Shown here: in pieces, positions 10,907 to 21,136 of the stretch | How the letters are laid out: each line of letters opens with the position of its first letter | How positions within the stretch are numbered: position 1 is the stretch's first letter | Source: a virus | Taxonomy: Duplodnaviria > Caudoviricetes | Reading direction: 5' to 3' (one strand) | Virus record (IMG/VR): IMGVR_UViG_2648501420_000006 | Coordinates: 7,710-71,709 of that record | DNA: 64,000 nucleotides | Translations under genes and position numbers: made by a program | Notes under the pieces: model-generated | The model's database searches: none | The model's input: the letters and a program-made list of their open reading frames with translations, nothing else | Told to the model about the DNA's origin: nothing

Positions 10907-11312
10907 GTGCAAGACATGATAGATAGATTAGATGGCTATGATGTAACGGAAGCTGAATTGCAAGAATATCTTGCTGGATTGACGATGCCGGCATTTGATG
11001 TAGAGGTAATAAAAAGAGAAAATATATACGAAGTGTACTGCAATTGTAAGCTTTTATATTACTATGAATCTAAAGTCACTGCTGATCAGGAAAAAAGAGA
11101 ATTGAAGATAACTGGTTTATCTCGCAGGCACAGATCCATTTTGCGGATAAAAAGATCGTGCAGGCAGAACCGGAAGCATTTGAGCCAATTAGTAATGATA
11201 TGGTTGTACTAGAGGGCATAGCTGCCAACTATGAGCAGACATTGTTATTGCAAGAAAGCGTTACGGCAGTTATGGAAGGTTTAGCAGATTTATATGAACT
11301 GAATTTAGGAGG
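10907..11312 (+). CDS. Fibre-associated chaperone-like protein (frameshifted)
   Basis: Paralogue of 60443-60826 (MQDM..LDGYDVT.AELQEYLAGLT.PAFDVEV). Confidence 0.55.
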
Positions 11313-12935
11313 ATGATTATGTTAAAGGCGATTGATAACAATAAAAATTTGGTTAATATCTATGATAACGATGAAATTGATTTGAATATTAAAAATGCTG
11401 TTAGTAATAGAGCAAAAACTGATTTAAGTAATGTTGAAAATCCTGTTTTCAAAGTAAAGGTAATAGCCTCAGGTTATCAATCGCTACATTTGGGTGATTA
11501 TATCTCATCAGCTGAGGATATACAGTCAATTGATCCTGATTTTCTGCGCTGCGACGGTAGTTTGATTAAAAAATCGGATTATCCGTATATATATAATAGA
11601 TTTGGTGGTTATGGAACTATCCCAATAGCAAGCTATACCAAAGAGCCACTTGATACCAGTAAATTGGCGGAAATTGGTGCTGAACGATTTAGTTATAGCA
11701 CATCATTTAGTTATGACTCATTGGTTTTTAACCCATCTAAAACAAGAGCAATAAGCCCAATTAAAGTATATATCGGTGGTACTAACAAAGAAATGATTGT
11801 GCTATTTGATACATTGGATTGGCATATTATAAACATTGTAGATCCAACAACGATATTCTCAGACACAAATTTATATATATATACGAGTGTAGCTTTTAGT
11901 GAATGCTCTGAAATGTCACCTTTTATTTTTATAGATGATGAAACCATACTTTTTTGTGTAAGGAATAAAGTAACATCACGTAATGATTATATTGCTACTC
12001 TCTATACGACATCTGATTACTTTACGACAACCACTTCAATAAAAGAAATGCCTAATAGTAGCAGTTATTACCATGCATCTTTTTATGGATTTGGTGAAAC
12101 GTCTGAAGGCAATCAATTTATGATGGCTGAACATACCTATTCAGGATCAAGCAGTTATGATCGAGGGATAGCATGGCTTGCATGGAACAAAAGCAATGTT
12201 AATTCTGCAGCAGGTAGCACACGTAAATTTGGTGAGACTTATCAATACCTATTAAAACTTGGGGATACTTGGCTTCTAGCATATGGAGCTTATGCCGGGT
12301 ATGAATCACCATATGAGTATATACAAAGCGTTGCTGCTTTATATAGATTGAGTATATCTGCGACAGGAATTACGTTTAATTCATTTACATATCCAGCGTC
12401 TATTACTTCTCTAGATGCATCAGGAAAAATGAAAAATTTTCTATGTGGCGCTACTTATTACAAAGGTAAATATATATTTGGTGATAAAGGATCTAACAGC
12501 TTTATAACTACTGATTTTAAAAATTATGAAAGTTATAGCATGGGCGGTAGATCTGACTATTTTATGAAACAAATAGTTGATTTTGATGCTGCTGAATATC
12601 CATCAAGCAATGCGATTTTTATTGATCAACGATCAAACGGTAAAACCAGTATAAAATTATCCGTCGCATACCAAAGAGAGGCAGATCAAGCAAGTTTTGC
12701 ATGGTCGCATCAGCAAAGCTATCCATTTAGTAATTACGGTTTATCAAATTTTTATAGTATGTGCAGCTGGATAGATAATGATAAGTTGAAAATTATCGTA
12801 GGCAATACTACAACGCTTGATTTGCAATTACTTACTATTAATTTAATGGATTTTAATGTCTATATTAACGTTCCAGCATTTTCGGATACTATGAGTAGTT
12901 ATAGTGATAACAGTTTTATAAAAAGAAAATTTTGA
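11313..12935 (+). CDS. Tail fibre protein B with tail-collar-like motif
   Basis: LGDYI...FLRCDGSLIKKSDYPYIY resembles the tail collar domain; Ser/Tyr-rich beta-propeller-like body. Confidence 0.6.
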   Translation: MIMLKAIDNNKNLVNIYDNDEIDLNIKNAVSNRAKTDLSNVENPVFKVKVIASGYQSLHLGDYISSAEDIQSIDPDFLRCDGSLIKKSDYPYIYNRFGGYGTIPIASYTKEPLDTSKLAEIGAERFSYSTSFSYDSLVFNPSKTRAISPIKVYIGGTNKEMIVLFDTLDWHIINIVDPTTIFSDTNLYIYTSVAFSECSEMSPFIFIDDETILFCVRNKVTSRNDYIATLYTTSDYFTTTTSIKEMPNSSSYYHASFYGFGETSEGNQFMMAEHTYSGSSSYDRGIAWLAWNKSNVNSAAGSTRKFGETYQYLLKLGDTWLLAYGAYAGYESPYEYIQSVAALYRLSISATGITFNSFTYPASITSLDASGKMKNFLCGATYYKGKYIFGDKGSNSFITTDFKNYESYSMGGRSDYFMKQIVDFDAAEYPSSNAIFIDQRSNGKTSIKLSVAYQREADQASFAWSHQQSYPFSNYGLSNFYSMCSWIDNDKLKIIVGNTTTLDLQLLTINLMDFNVYINVPAFSDTMSSYSDNSFIKRKF

Positions 12936-12965
12936 AGGTAAAAAATACCTTTACATCAAGGCAAG

Positions 12966-13311
12966 GTGATGACTATGTATTATGTTTATAAAAATGAAAA
13001 AGGCGATTTATTTGTATCTGAAAATAAGCCAACCATGTACGCAGATATGTTTGAAGTGAATGTGCTGCCTTTTTATCCCAATGCAGACAATGCAGAAATA
13101 ACTATGCAGGCAGACTTTGAAAATCATAAAGTTTGGTACGAAGTTAATGAACTACCTAATAAAAAATGTTGATTTAGATACAATTCATGAAAATGTATTA
13201 GCTATCATGGAAGGCATGGCAGCATCTTACGAAGAGCAAAGTAGCAATGATATGAACATCATGGAAGGTCTTGCTGCAATCTATGAGGAACAGATAGGAG
13301 GTACTCAATAA
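12966..13311 (+). CDS. Fibre chaperone-like protein (two ORFs, frameshift near 13165)
   Basis: Similar to 58583-58855 (F..N.LP...D.EN.KVWYE). Confidence 0.5.
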
Positions 13312-13466
13312 TGGAAAAGATTTATGCAGTCTTACTTATTAATCAGGCACGTACATGGACAAGTGTACCGGCTAAAATCAAACCCAAAGTAGAGGTAGTA
13401 TTACAAGAACATGTTGCCGCTGGTTTGATTAGTCAGGAACGATACGATGAGATCATGGCTAGCTGA
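13311..13466 (+). CDS. CD1375/XkdX-like small protein (51 aa)
   Basis: Translated by eye: [27 protein letters not shown]...; ggaggt RBS. Confidence 0.6.
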   Translation: MEKIYAVLLINQARTWTSVPAKIKPKVEVVLQEHVAAGLISQERYDEIMAS

Positions 13467-13515
13467 TTGGCTAACTGATGTTGGTTTATGGATCTTAAAG
13501 AAAGGAGGTACCGAT

Positions 13516-13641
13516 ATGGTTGCAGTATATGTGGCGCTGATTATCAACGGTCGCAGAACTTATGCGAGTGTGCCTGCATTGCTTAAAGACAAAGTAAAAG
13601 TTGATCTGGAAGCATTGGGCCTAGAAGATTTATGTAAGTAA
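13516..13641 (+). CDS. CD1375-family small protein
   Basis: [35 protein letters not shown]; aggagg RBS. Confidence 0.8.
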   Translation: MVAVYVALIINGRRTYASVPALLKDKVKVDLEALGLEDLCK

Positions 13642-13655
13642 GGAGGTGAGCTGCA

Positions 13656-14327
13656 GTGTTTACATTATCAACCTTTTACAAATCCCATGAGTGGGAAGAC
13701 CTCATCAAAATATTAAAAATCGAACGAGTTAACAGCGAAGGTGTATTGATATGTGAACACTGTGGTAAGCCAATCATTAAATCTTATGACTGCATCGGGC
13801 ATCATAAAGAAGAACTCACGGAAGCAAACGTTAATGATCGTACAGTCAGCCTTAATCCGGATAACATTGCATTAGTACATCACCAATGCCATAATGCTAT
13901 TCACGAGCGCTTTGGTCATGATGGTACAAGGCATATCTATTTAGTATATGGCGCACCGGGCGCAGGCAAGCGAGCCTATGTTGAGACAGTTGCTGGTCGT
14001 GATGATTTGATCCTTGATTTAGATAGTCTGTATTCTGCCATAACTCTCCGTGATCGATATGATCACAGTAACCGTGTAAGTCGTAATGTGTTTGGACTTA
14101 GGGATTGTATCCTTGACCAGATCAAGACAAGAGCAGGTAAGTGGCGTAGTGCTTGGGTCATCGGCGGTTATCCTTTGAGCAGTGAGCGGAGTAGGCTGTG
14201 TGAGATGCTTGGTGCAGAGCCAGTGTATATTGATACACCTCAGAGTGAGTGTCTGCTTACGTGTAAGGATAGGGGGTACGATTACTTGGAGTATTGCGTT
14301 AAATGGTTTGATAGCTACACTGTATAG
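13656..14327 (+). CDS. HNH endonuclease fused to P-loop kinase/AAA domain
   Basis: CEHCG...HHKEEL...N...HHQCHNAIH; then YGAPGAGK Walker A, LILDLD. Confidence 0.85.
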   Translation: MFTLSTFYKSHEWEDLIKILKIERVNSEGVLICEHCGKPIIKSYDCIGHHKEELTEANVNDRTVSLNPDNIALVHHQCHNAIHERFGHDGTRHIYLVYGAPGAGKRAYVETVAGRDDLILDLDSLYSAITLRDRYDHSNRVSRNVFGLRDCILDQIKTRAGKWRSAWVIGGYPLSSERSRLCEMLGAEPVYIDTPQSECLLTCKDRGYDYLEYCVKWFDSYTV

Positions 14328-14405
14328 CCCCCTGGCAAGTCAATGAGACAGGCCCGATGGGGACTGGTAGGGGCTCTCAATTTTCGCAGAAAGCCATTTT
14401 TTGAG
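14327..14405. other. Candidate cos region of prophage 1
   Basis: GC-rich ccccc...ggggactggtagggg...aattttcgcagaaag between HNH and terS, the usual cos position; exact cut site not determinable. Confidence 0.5.
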
Positions 14406-14490
14406 ATTTTTAGATTTAGAAAGCAAAAGAATTTGAATTATGTCGAACCTTTGAGTCATCTCTGAAAGAAGTAAAAAGGAGGCTCATAAG

Positions 14491-14820
14491 GTGGAAGATA
14501 GAAAAGAACAACTTATTAATATCGTGCAGCATGCAGATAAAGATGTGCTTGTATTGCTGGGTCCTCTCATTGAGCATGTAGTATTTTTGGAAGAGTTACT
14601 TGCTGAAATAAAAAGCCTCAGAAAGTAACTTTATCAAGAGACACCCGGCGGATCGTAACAGATTAAAACCCGGCGACATGTATAAGCAGTATAAAGACCT
14701 CAGCCAAACATATATCAACGAGCTTAAAGTATTGCAAGGTGCTTTAGGGATTGATGATGCAGATGGCACAAGTCCACTCAGAGAGTATTTAAATAGCCTT
14801 ATCAAGCATGAAGCCGTATA
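14491..14820 (+). CDS. terS: Terminase small subunit (frameshifted)
   Basis: LIEHVVFLEELL / YKQYKDLSQTYINELKVL / SPLREYL; directly before terL. Confidence 0.6.
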
Positions 14821-16497
14821 AGAATTATTTATGTGAGTATCGGGAAGCTATAAGGCGAGGGTATGATGACGATGGCCATCAAGTGATTTGCGGGCATGAA
14901 TTGGTAACGGAGCTTGATCATTTGATTGATGACTTAGAAAACCCACGTTACATTTATGATACGACTGATGCCTATTTGCGTATGGACTTATGCAAAACTG
15001 TGTGAGGCTTACAAAATCACCGTTTTACAATAAACCCATGCACCTCATGCTATGGCAAAAAGCATTTATTGAGGTTATCTACAGCTTTAAGATCGCTGCT
15101 ACTGGCTTTGACAGGTTTAAAAAATTGTGCTCCTTATCGGCCGTAAAAATACAAAGTCAGAAACATGCTCTGCATTAGGCTTGACAGAACTATTTTTAGG
15201 TGAGGAAGGTAATGATATTGTCTGCAGCTCGAATGACGATAATCAGGCTAGTATCACTTATGATGCTATCGACTTGATGCGCCAGTTAATTGATCCAAAT
15301 GACTTAGATAGCAAACGCAATCAGAGATTTATTATCAATAAGGCAACTAACACAAAGATATACAAACTGTCAGATAGGACAAGAAACAAAGAGGGTCGTA
15401 ACATTGGCTTCGCAATTGTGGATGAGGTGCATGAAATGAAAACGAACGTTATTGGTAAAAGTATTGAGCAATCACAATCGCTTAAAGATAATCCTAAATT
15501 TATCATCATCACAACGGAAGGCTTCGTAAATGGTGGTTATTTGGATGAGGAACTCATTAAATGTAGAGCAATTATCAACGGTGAAGATGATGGACCAATG
15601 GCAGAACGAACCTTACCGTGGTTTTATACGCAGGACTCAGAACAAGAAGTCTGGCAAAACGAAAACTCATGGCTAAAATCAAACCCTACACTCGGTATAG
15701 TAAAAAAGTGGGACTATCTGAGAGAGCAGCTTGACGCTGCACGAACGTCTAAAAGTGACCGTATGTTTGTGCTTAGTAAAGACTTTAACTTTAAGCAGTC
15801 CAATGCTCAAGCATGGCTGCAGGAGAGTGAGTACAAAAATATCAGCACTTTTGACTTAGAACAATTCCGTGGCTGCTATTGTCTCGGTGCAGTCGATTTA
15901 GCAGAAACCACCGATCTTACCTGCGCTAAAATATTGCTAATGAAACCAGATGACAGTACCAAGTACATACATACTATGTATTTTATACCGGAAGAAAAAC
16001 TGGCAAAAAACAATGATGCAGGAAGTGGTGCAAAGTATGCTGAATGGGCAAAAGCAGGATTGATAACCATCCTGCCAGGTGTATCCAATGATTTAAGTAA
16101 AGTAGCAGATTGGTTTTACATGCTATACAAGGATTATGAGATACGGGTTTACAAAGTTGGCTATGATGTTAAGTTTAGCAAAGACTTTTTATCGAAAATG
16201 AATTTTTATGGATTTGAATGTGAGCTTATACAACAAAATGCAGAGGTGATGAGCTTGCCAATGAAAATTGTAGAAGCAGAGCTAAAGGCTAAGATCATCA
16301 ACTACAACGCAAATCCAGTAGATGAGTGGTGCTTCAGTAACTCAGCGATACAAATGGATACAAAAGGGCAGATACTATGTGTTAAGATTGCCGGTCAACC
16401 GGGCAGGAAAATAGATGGATCTGTAACGCTGATCATCCTTTATGCGACACTGGAGCGGTATCGCAGTGCATTTATGTCAATGATTAACAGGAGGTAG
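14808..16497 (+). CDS. terL: Terminase large subunit (3 ORFs, frameshifts near 14995 and 15130)
   Basis: LMLWQKAF, IGRKNTKS (Walker A), IVDEVHEM, IITTEG, GAVDLAETTDLT, KIDG. Confidence 0.95.
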
Positions 16498-16500
16498 ACT

Positions 16501-17724
16501 ATGGGAGTATGGACATATATAAAGCAAAAATTTAACACAATCAAATATGCTCAGGCTCTTAATGGATACACACCAATATTTAGCCAATTTGGGCAAGATA
16601 TCTACGCATCTGATATTGTGCAGAGCGTGATTGATTGCATTGTGACTGAGATGTGTAAGTTGCATCCAATGCACATCATTAAAAAAGAGAGAGATTCAAT
16701 ACCTGTTAATGACTCCATCCAGCGGGTACTTGACCATCCAAACGAGATGATGACAACCCACGACTTTATATCTAAAATCATGTGGAACCTATTTTTAAAC
16801 TATAACTCGTTTATTTATCCTGTGTATGATGTTAGGACAAACGCTGATGGCAGCGAGACGAGGACCTATAAAGCACTCTATCCTCTCCAGCCTAATCAAG
16901 CAAGTTTTGTGGAGGATGTTTCAGGTAAATTATTTGTTAAGATGCGGTTTGGCAATGGATTTGAGACTACATTGCCTTATGAGTCACTGATCCACGTGAG
17001 ATATAGGTACTCTGTCAATGAGTATATGGGTGGCAATGAGGCAGGACAGCCGGACAATGATGCCTTGCTTAAGTTGCTTAGCATGAATAACTCATTGATG
17101 GATGGCGTGATAAATGCCATGAAAACATCATTTGCAATCAATGGTATCATGAAATATAACACACTGTTAGATGGTCCGGAAATGAAAGCAGCTATCGAAG
17201 CATTTAATCAGCAGCTGCAAAACAATATGTCTGGAATCGTCGGTGTTGATTTAAAAGGAGAGTACATTCCAATCACTCGTAAGATTCAGGCTGTTGATCC
17301 GGAGACACTCAAATTCATTGACTCAAGAATTTTACGCAAATTTGGAGTTAGCATGGCAATCCTAACTGGTGATTATACTAAGGCTCAGTACCAGGCTTTT
17401 TATCAAAAAACATTGGAACCCTTGATCATAAATTTAACGCAAGCATTTGCAAAGACATTATTTACACAACGACAAAAGGATCTTGGCCATGACATCTTAT
17501 TTATGACTGAGCCTCTTGTATTTATGGATACTTCACAGGTTGTAGAAGTAATCAGGCTTTTAGGTGATAGCGGGACTTTGTACGAAAATGAAAAGCGTGT
17601 AGCGATTGGATATCCACCTGATCCAGCACTTGAAGGCATCAGGATGCAGTCATTAAACTATGTTAATGTAGAGTTAGCCGCTCAGTATCAAACCGGTAAA
17701 AAGAAGGAGGGAAACGATGATTAA
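16501..17724 (+). CDS. Phage portal protein (HK97 family)
   Basis: Position after terL; HPNEMMT, LIHVR, ILRKFGV, FYQKTLEP, ENEKRVAIGYPP. Confidence 0.9.
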   Translation: MGVWTYIKQKFNTIKYAQALNGYTPIFSQFGQDIYASDIVQSVIDCIVTEMCKLHPMHIIKKERDSIPVNDSIQRVLDHPNEMMTTHDFISKIMWNLFLNYNSFIYPVYDVRTNADGSETRTYKALYPLQPNQASFVEDVSGKLFVKMRFGNGFETTLPYESLIHVRYRYSVNEYMGGNEAGQPDNDALLKLLSMNNSLMDGVINAMKTSFAINGIMKYNTLLDGPEMKAAIEAFNQQLQNNMSGIVGVDLKGEYIPITRKIQAVDPETLKFIDSRILRKFGVSMAILTGDYTKAQYQAFYQKTLEPLIINLTQAFAKTLFTQRQKDLGHDILFMTEPLVFMDTSQVVEVIRLLGDSGTLYENEKRVAIGYPPDPALEGIRMQSLNYVNVELAAQYQTGKKKEGNDD

Positions 17725-17854
17725 AGATGGATGGTATTGCTGCCCTCATTGTGGTCAAAAGTTATTTAAAGTAACTGATATGGCTGTGATCAAGGGTGTA
17801 CAGTATAAATGCAAAAAGTGTAAAGAAATTATTAATATCAATATTGAGCCATAG
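17717..17854 (+). CDS. Com-like (Mu Com) zinc-finger small protein, 45 aa
   Basis: Translated by eye: MIKDGWYCCPHCGQKLFK...YKCKKCKEII; ggagg RBS. Confidence 0.7.
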   Translation: MIKDGWYCCPHCGQKLFKVTDMAVIKGVQYKCKKCKEIININIEP

Positions 17855-17895
17855 AGCCTATTAAGTAATTACTACTTGATGGGCTTTTTATTTTA
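17855..17895 (+). terminator. Hairpin + T-tract after Com-like gene
   Basis: agcctattaagt-aatt-actacttgatgggct followed by ttttatttt. Confidence 0.5.
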
Positions 17896-17913
17896 ATTTA
17901 AGGAGGCATTTTT

Positions 17914-18564
17914 ATGGATAAATTACCAGATCTTATTCGACGTAATTTTGGTTTTGAAGTTAGAGCGGAAAGCACTGAACAGGGGTCAATAATTACTGGT
18001 CGCCCGATTGTGTATAACTCATTAACTGATCTTGGTTGGTGCAAAGAGGTCATAGAGCGTGGCGCTCTTGATAAAACGGATTTAACGGATGTTAGGTTTT
18101 TAGTCAATCATGATTTTTCAAAGCTCCCATTAGCTCGATCACGCAGAAACAATGCGAACTCAACAATGCAGTTAGCTGTTGACGAAAATGGTATGACTAT
18201 ACATGTGCTGCTTGATACAGAAAACAATCAAGAAGCAAGGGCATTATATAGCGCTGTAGAGCGCGGTGATATAACCGGTATGAGTTTTGCATTTAGTATC
18301 AGTGATGAAGAATGGACTGAAATTGATACTGACATGCCCACAAGGCACATTAAAGGAATTTCAAGCGTGGTAGAGTGTTCAGCTGTGACTTTTCCGGCTT
18401 ATGAGGACACTGAAATTTACGCTAGAGATAAAGCATCTCTGGAGAGAGAGCGAGCAGCGCTGGAGAGCGCTAAAAAGCAGTCAAGAACCAATCGCAATCG
18501 CTCAGACGAGTTGGAACTTGAAAAATTAAAAGCAAAATTTTTATACAAAAATTGGAGGAACATT
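17914..18564 (+). CDS. HK97-family prohead protease
   Basis: GRPIVYNS, EVIERGAL, LVNHD, RGDITGMSFAF, ECSAVTFPAYEDT. Confidence 0.9.
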
Positions 18565-19761
18565 ATGAAAGAATATCTAAAAAAGATTCTTGCTGCTAAG
18601 CAAAAAAGAGCGGCAGATTTACGAGATTTAATCACAAACGCAACCACAGCTGATGAGGTGCGTTCATATGGCAATGAATTAACTGAGGTAGAGAGTGAGG
18701 AGCGAGAAGCTCAGGAACAATTAAATGCATTGGTAGCAGCAGAGCAAAATGCTGGTGCTGGTCCTCAGCAGAGATTTAATCCATTAGCTACTTACAGTAT
18801 GTATCCTTATAGTCAAAGAAATAACGATCCTGATACTAGCCCATTAGATACAACTGAATATCGTTCTGCATTTATGGCTAACGTACTGCATAATACACCT
18901 ATTCCGGCCAATTTAAGAGCAAACGCAAATACTCTTACTAGTGATGTAACAAGTGTATTGCCGCCTGTGCTAATTAATCAGATCATTGAACGTATGGAAG
19001 AATGTGGTATGATTTTACCTTTAGTTACACGCACTTCTTATGCTGCAGGTGTAGTAATCCCTACATCTAATGTAAAACCTGTAGCGACATGGGTGTCAGA
19101 GGGGAAAGGATCGAGCAGACAGAAAAAGACTACCGGTAAGATCACATTTAGCTACTTTAAACTGCGTTGTGAAATTTCCATGTCAATGGAAGTTGGGACA
19201 ATGGCACTTGCTGCATTCGAAGCAAAATTTATTGAAAACGTATCTAAGGCAATGGTCATTGCAATTGAAAAAGCGATCATTAATGGTGACGGTACCACTC
19301 AGCCTAAAGGCATCTTAAAAGAGACAGCTGCGGCAACTGTAGAACTTGCAAAAGCAGAACCAACCTATAAAGAACTTGTAGATGCTGAGGGAAAAGTGCC
19401 ATCAGAATTTGAAGCAAGTGCAAAATGGTGCATGACAAAAGGCACAATTTATGAAATTTATCGGTATGACTGATTCTGCCGGTCAACCAATCGCACGGAT
19501 CAATTATGGTCTCAATGGCAAGCCAGAGCGAATTTTACTTGGTCGTGAAGTGGTCATTCATCCTTATGGTGATGAAATGGGAAGTGTAATAGCGTTTATT
19601 GTAGATTTTAATGACTATGTATTAAATACTATCTATGATATGGGAATCTTAAAAAACAAGATTGGGATAGCGAGGATCTGTTGACTAAAGCTGTTATGAG
19701 TGTCGATGGTAAGATGGTAGATGCTGGATCGTTGATTACATTAACAGTAAAAGCAGCATAG
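18565..19761 (+). CDS. Major capsid protein, HK97 fold (frameshifts near 19450 and 19660)
   Basis: Own ggagga RBS; coiled-coil delta domain; ATWVSEG, IINGDGTTQPKGIL, ILLGREV. Confidence 0.9.
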
Positions 19762-19786
19762 AAGGTATAAAATAGGAGGTATAAAA

Positions 19787-20068
19787 ATGGCTGAACCATA
19801 TAATCATTTGTCTAAAGTAAAATCTATGCTAGGTATCACCGGCAATTATCAAGACGAAACCTTGTCAGGATATATTGATGAGGTTAAGGAGTTTATGTGT
19901 TCAGCCGGAGTATCACAGTCGGTAATCAATTCTGGCGTTGCTTCAGGCTTGATTGCTCGTGGTGTCGCAGATTTGTGGAATTATGGGAGTGGAGGCGCAA
20001 GCCTATCTCTATACTTCCTTATGCGATGTAGCCAACTTGCATTAAGAAGTGGTGATACTAATGTATAG
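19787..20068 (+). CDS. Head-tail connector (gp6/gp15-like)
   Basis: LSKVKSMLGITGNYQDETLSGYIDEV; position after capsid. Confidence 0.75.
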   Translation: MAEPYNHLSKVKSMLGITGNYQDETLSGYIDEVKEFMCSAGVSQSVINSGVASGLIARGVADLWNYGSGGASLSLYFLMRCSQLALRSGDTNV

Positions 20069-20396
20069 ACCTAAAAAACCATTCAATGTGCAGTTTATGA
20101 TTTTAGTACCAACCACTAAAAACGTTAATGGCAAAGTGGTTTATGGTTATCCGGACACTGGCGATATTATTAATGCGGCTTATACGACATTTGGCGGTAC
20201 TGAAAGCGTTGTTAATGGTATTTACTCTGTGATTGATACGGGCACCGTTGAGACGTGGTACAGGCCTGACATTACATCAACCACGAGGCTAAAGCGAGAG
20301 GATGGCAGAATTTATGATGTTGAAGGTGACCCAGAAAACATTGAAATGCGAAATCAGTTTTTAAAGATAAAAGTGAAGTGTATTGGCAATGGCTAA
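20061..20396 (+). CDS. Head closure/adaptor protein
   Basis: TWYRPDIT...IYDVEGDPENIEMRNQFL. Confidence 0.75.
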   Translation: MYRPKKPFNVQFMILVPTTKNVNGKVVYGYPDTGDIINAAYTTFGGTESVVNGIYSVIDTGTVETWYRPDITSTTRLKREDGRIYDVEGDPENIEMRNQFLKIKVKCIGNG

Positions 20397-20786
20397 AGGC
20401 AGAACGAGAATAAAGATTACGGGTTATGATGCAATATTAAAGTCCATCGAAAAAATGGGTGGAGATATGCAAGCAGCAGCCATTGAAGCAGTTGAATTAA
20501 GTGGTAAGAATGCCACTAATCGTTTTAGAGCGATTGCCCAAGAGCACGAATACTCAGGATTAACACTCAATAGCTTAGTCGATGATCCTAAAGCAACTGT
20601 AAAAAAGGAAAAATCATTTTAGACACTGGCTATGATATCAACAAAGGCGGTGTGGCAGCCATTTGGCTTGATAGAGGCACACCAAAACAAAAAGCCGCTA
20701 AATTATGTAAGTAAAATTAAGAAGGATCAAGCTGTAAAAGGTGCTATCGGATATGTACTGGGTAAAAAGTGGAGGGAAATATTATG
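20389..20786 (+). CDS. HK97 gp10-like neck protein (frameshifted)
   Basis: Position and ITGYDAILKSIEKMGG / WLDRGTPKQ. Confidence 0.55.
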
Positions 20787-21122
20787 AAAAAAATTTTGTT
20801 TGATTTGATTTCTACGCTTGGTTATCCAATCTATCAGCAGGGGTCATTTACAGATACCGACTATCCGCCAGCGTTTTATACTTATTGGAATTTTGACACT
20901 GTTATTGATAAATATTACGATAATAAAGAGTTAAAATGTGTCTGGTCTTTTTGGCTTAATTTTTATGCAACTGATCCTGAGCTTGTAGATACCATGCTTA
21001 TTAAAGCCAGAAATCTATTAAAAGAACATGGATGGCTTATACCAAGTAAAGGTCAAGATGTAAACAGTGGCCATCCGGATTACTCAGGGCGATCACTAGA
21101 AATTTATTATGTTGAATATTAA
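20784..21122 (+). CDS. Tail terminator/completion protein
   Basis: LGYPIYQQGSF...FYTYWNFD; before major tail protein. Confidence 0.65.
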   Translation: MKKILFDLISTLGYPIYQQGSFTDTDYPPAFYTYWNFDTVIDKYYDNKELKCVWSFWLNFYATDPELVDTMLIKARNLLKEHGWLIPSKGQDVNSGHPDYSGRSLEIYYVEY

Positions 21123-21136
21123 AGAGGAGGATTACT

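Noticed and set aside
8982-13641. Invertible tail-fibre shufflon
   Set aside because: All fibre genes are co-oriented and no flanking inverted crossover repeats or adjacent invertase were seen
14808-16497. Intron or intein interrupting terL (also 44220-45999)
   Set aside because: Fragments abut with no inserted sequence and total length is normal; simple frameshifts
17914-19473. Natural protease-capsid fusion (519-aa ORF)
   Set aside because: The capsid has its own GGAGGA RBS and ATG at 18565, the join sits in an A-run, and the equivalent junction in prophage 2 is also frameshifted; likely an indel artefact
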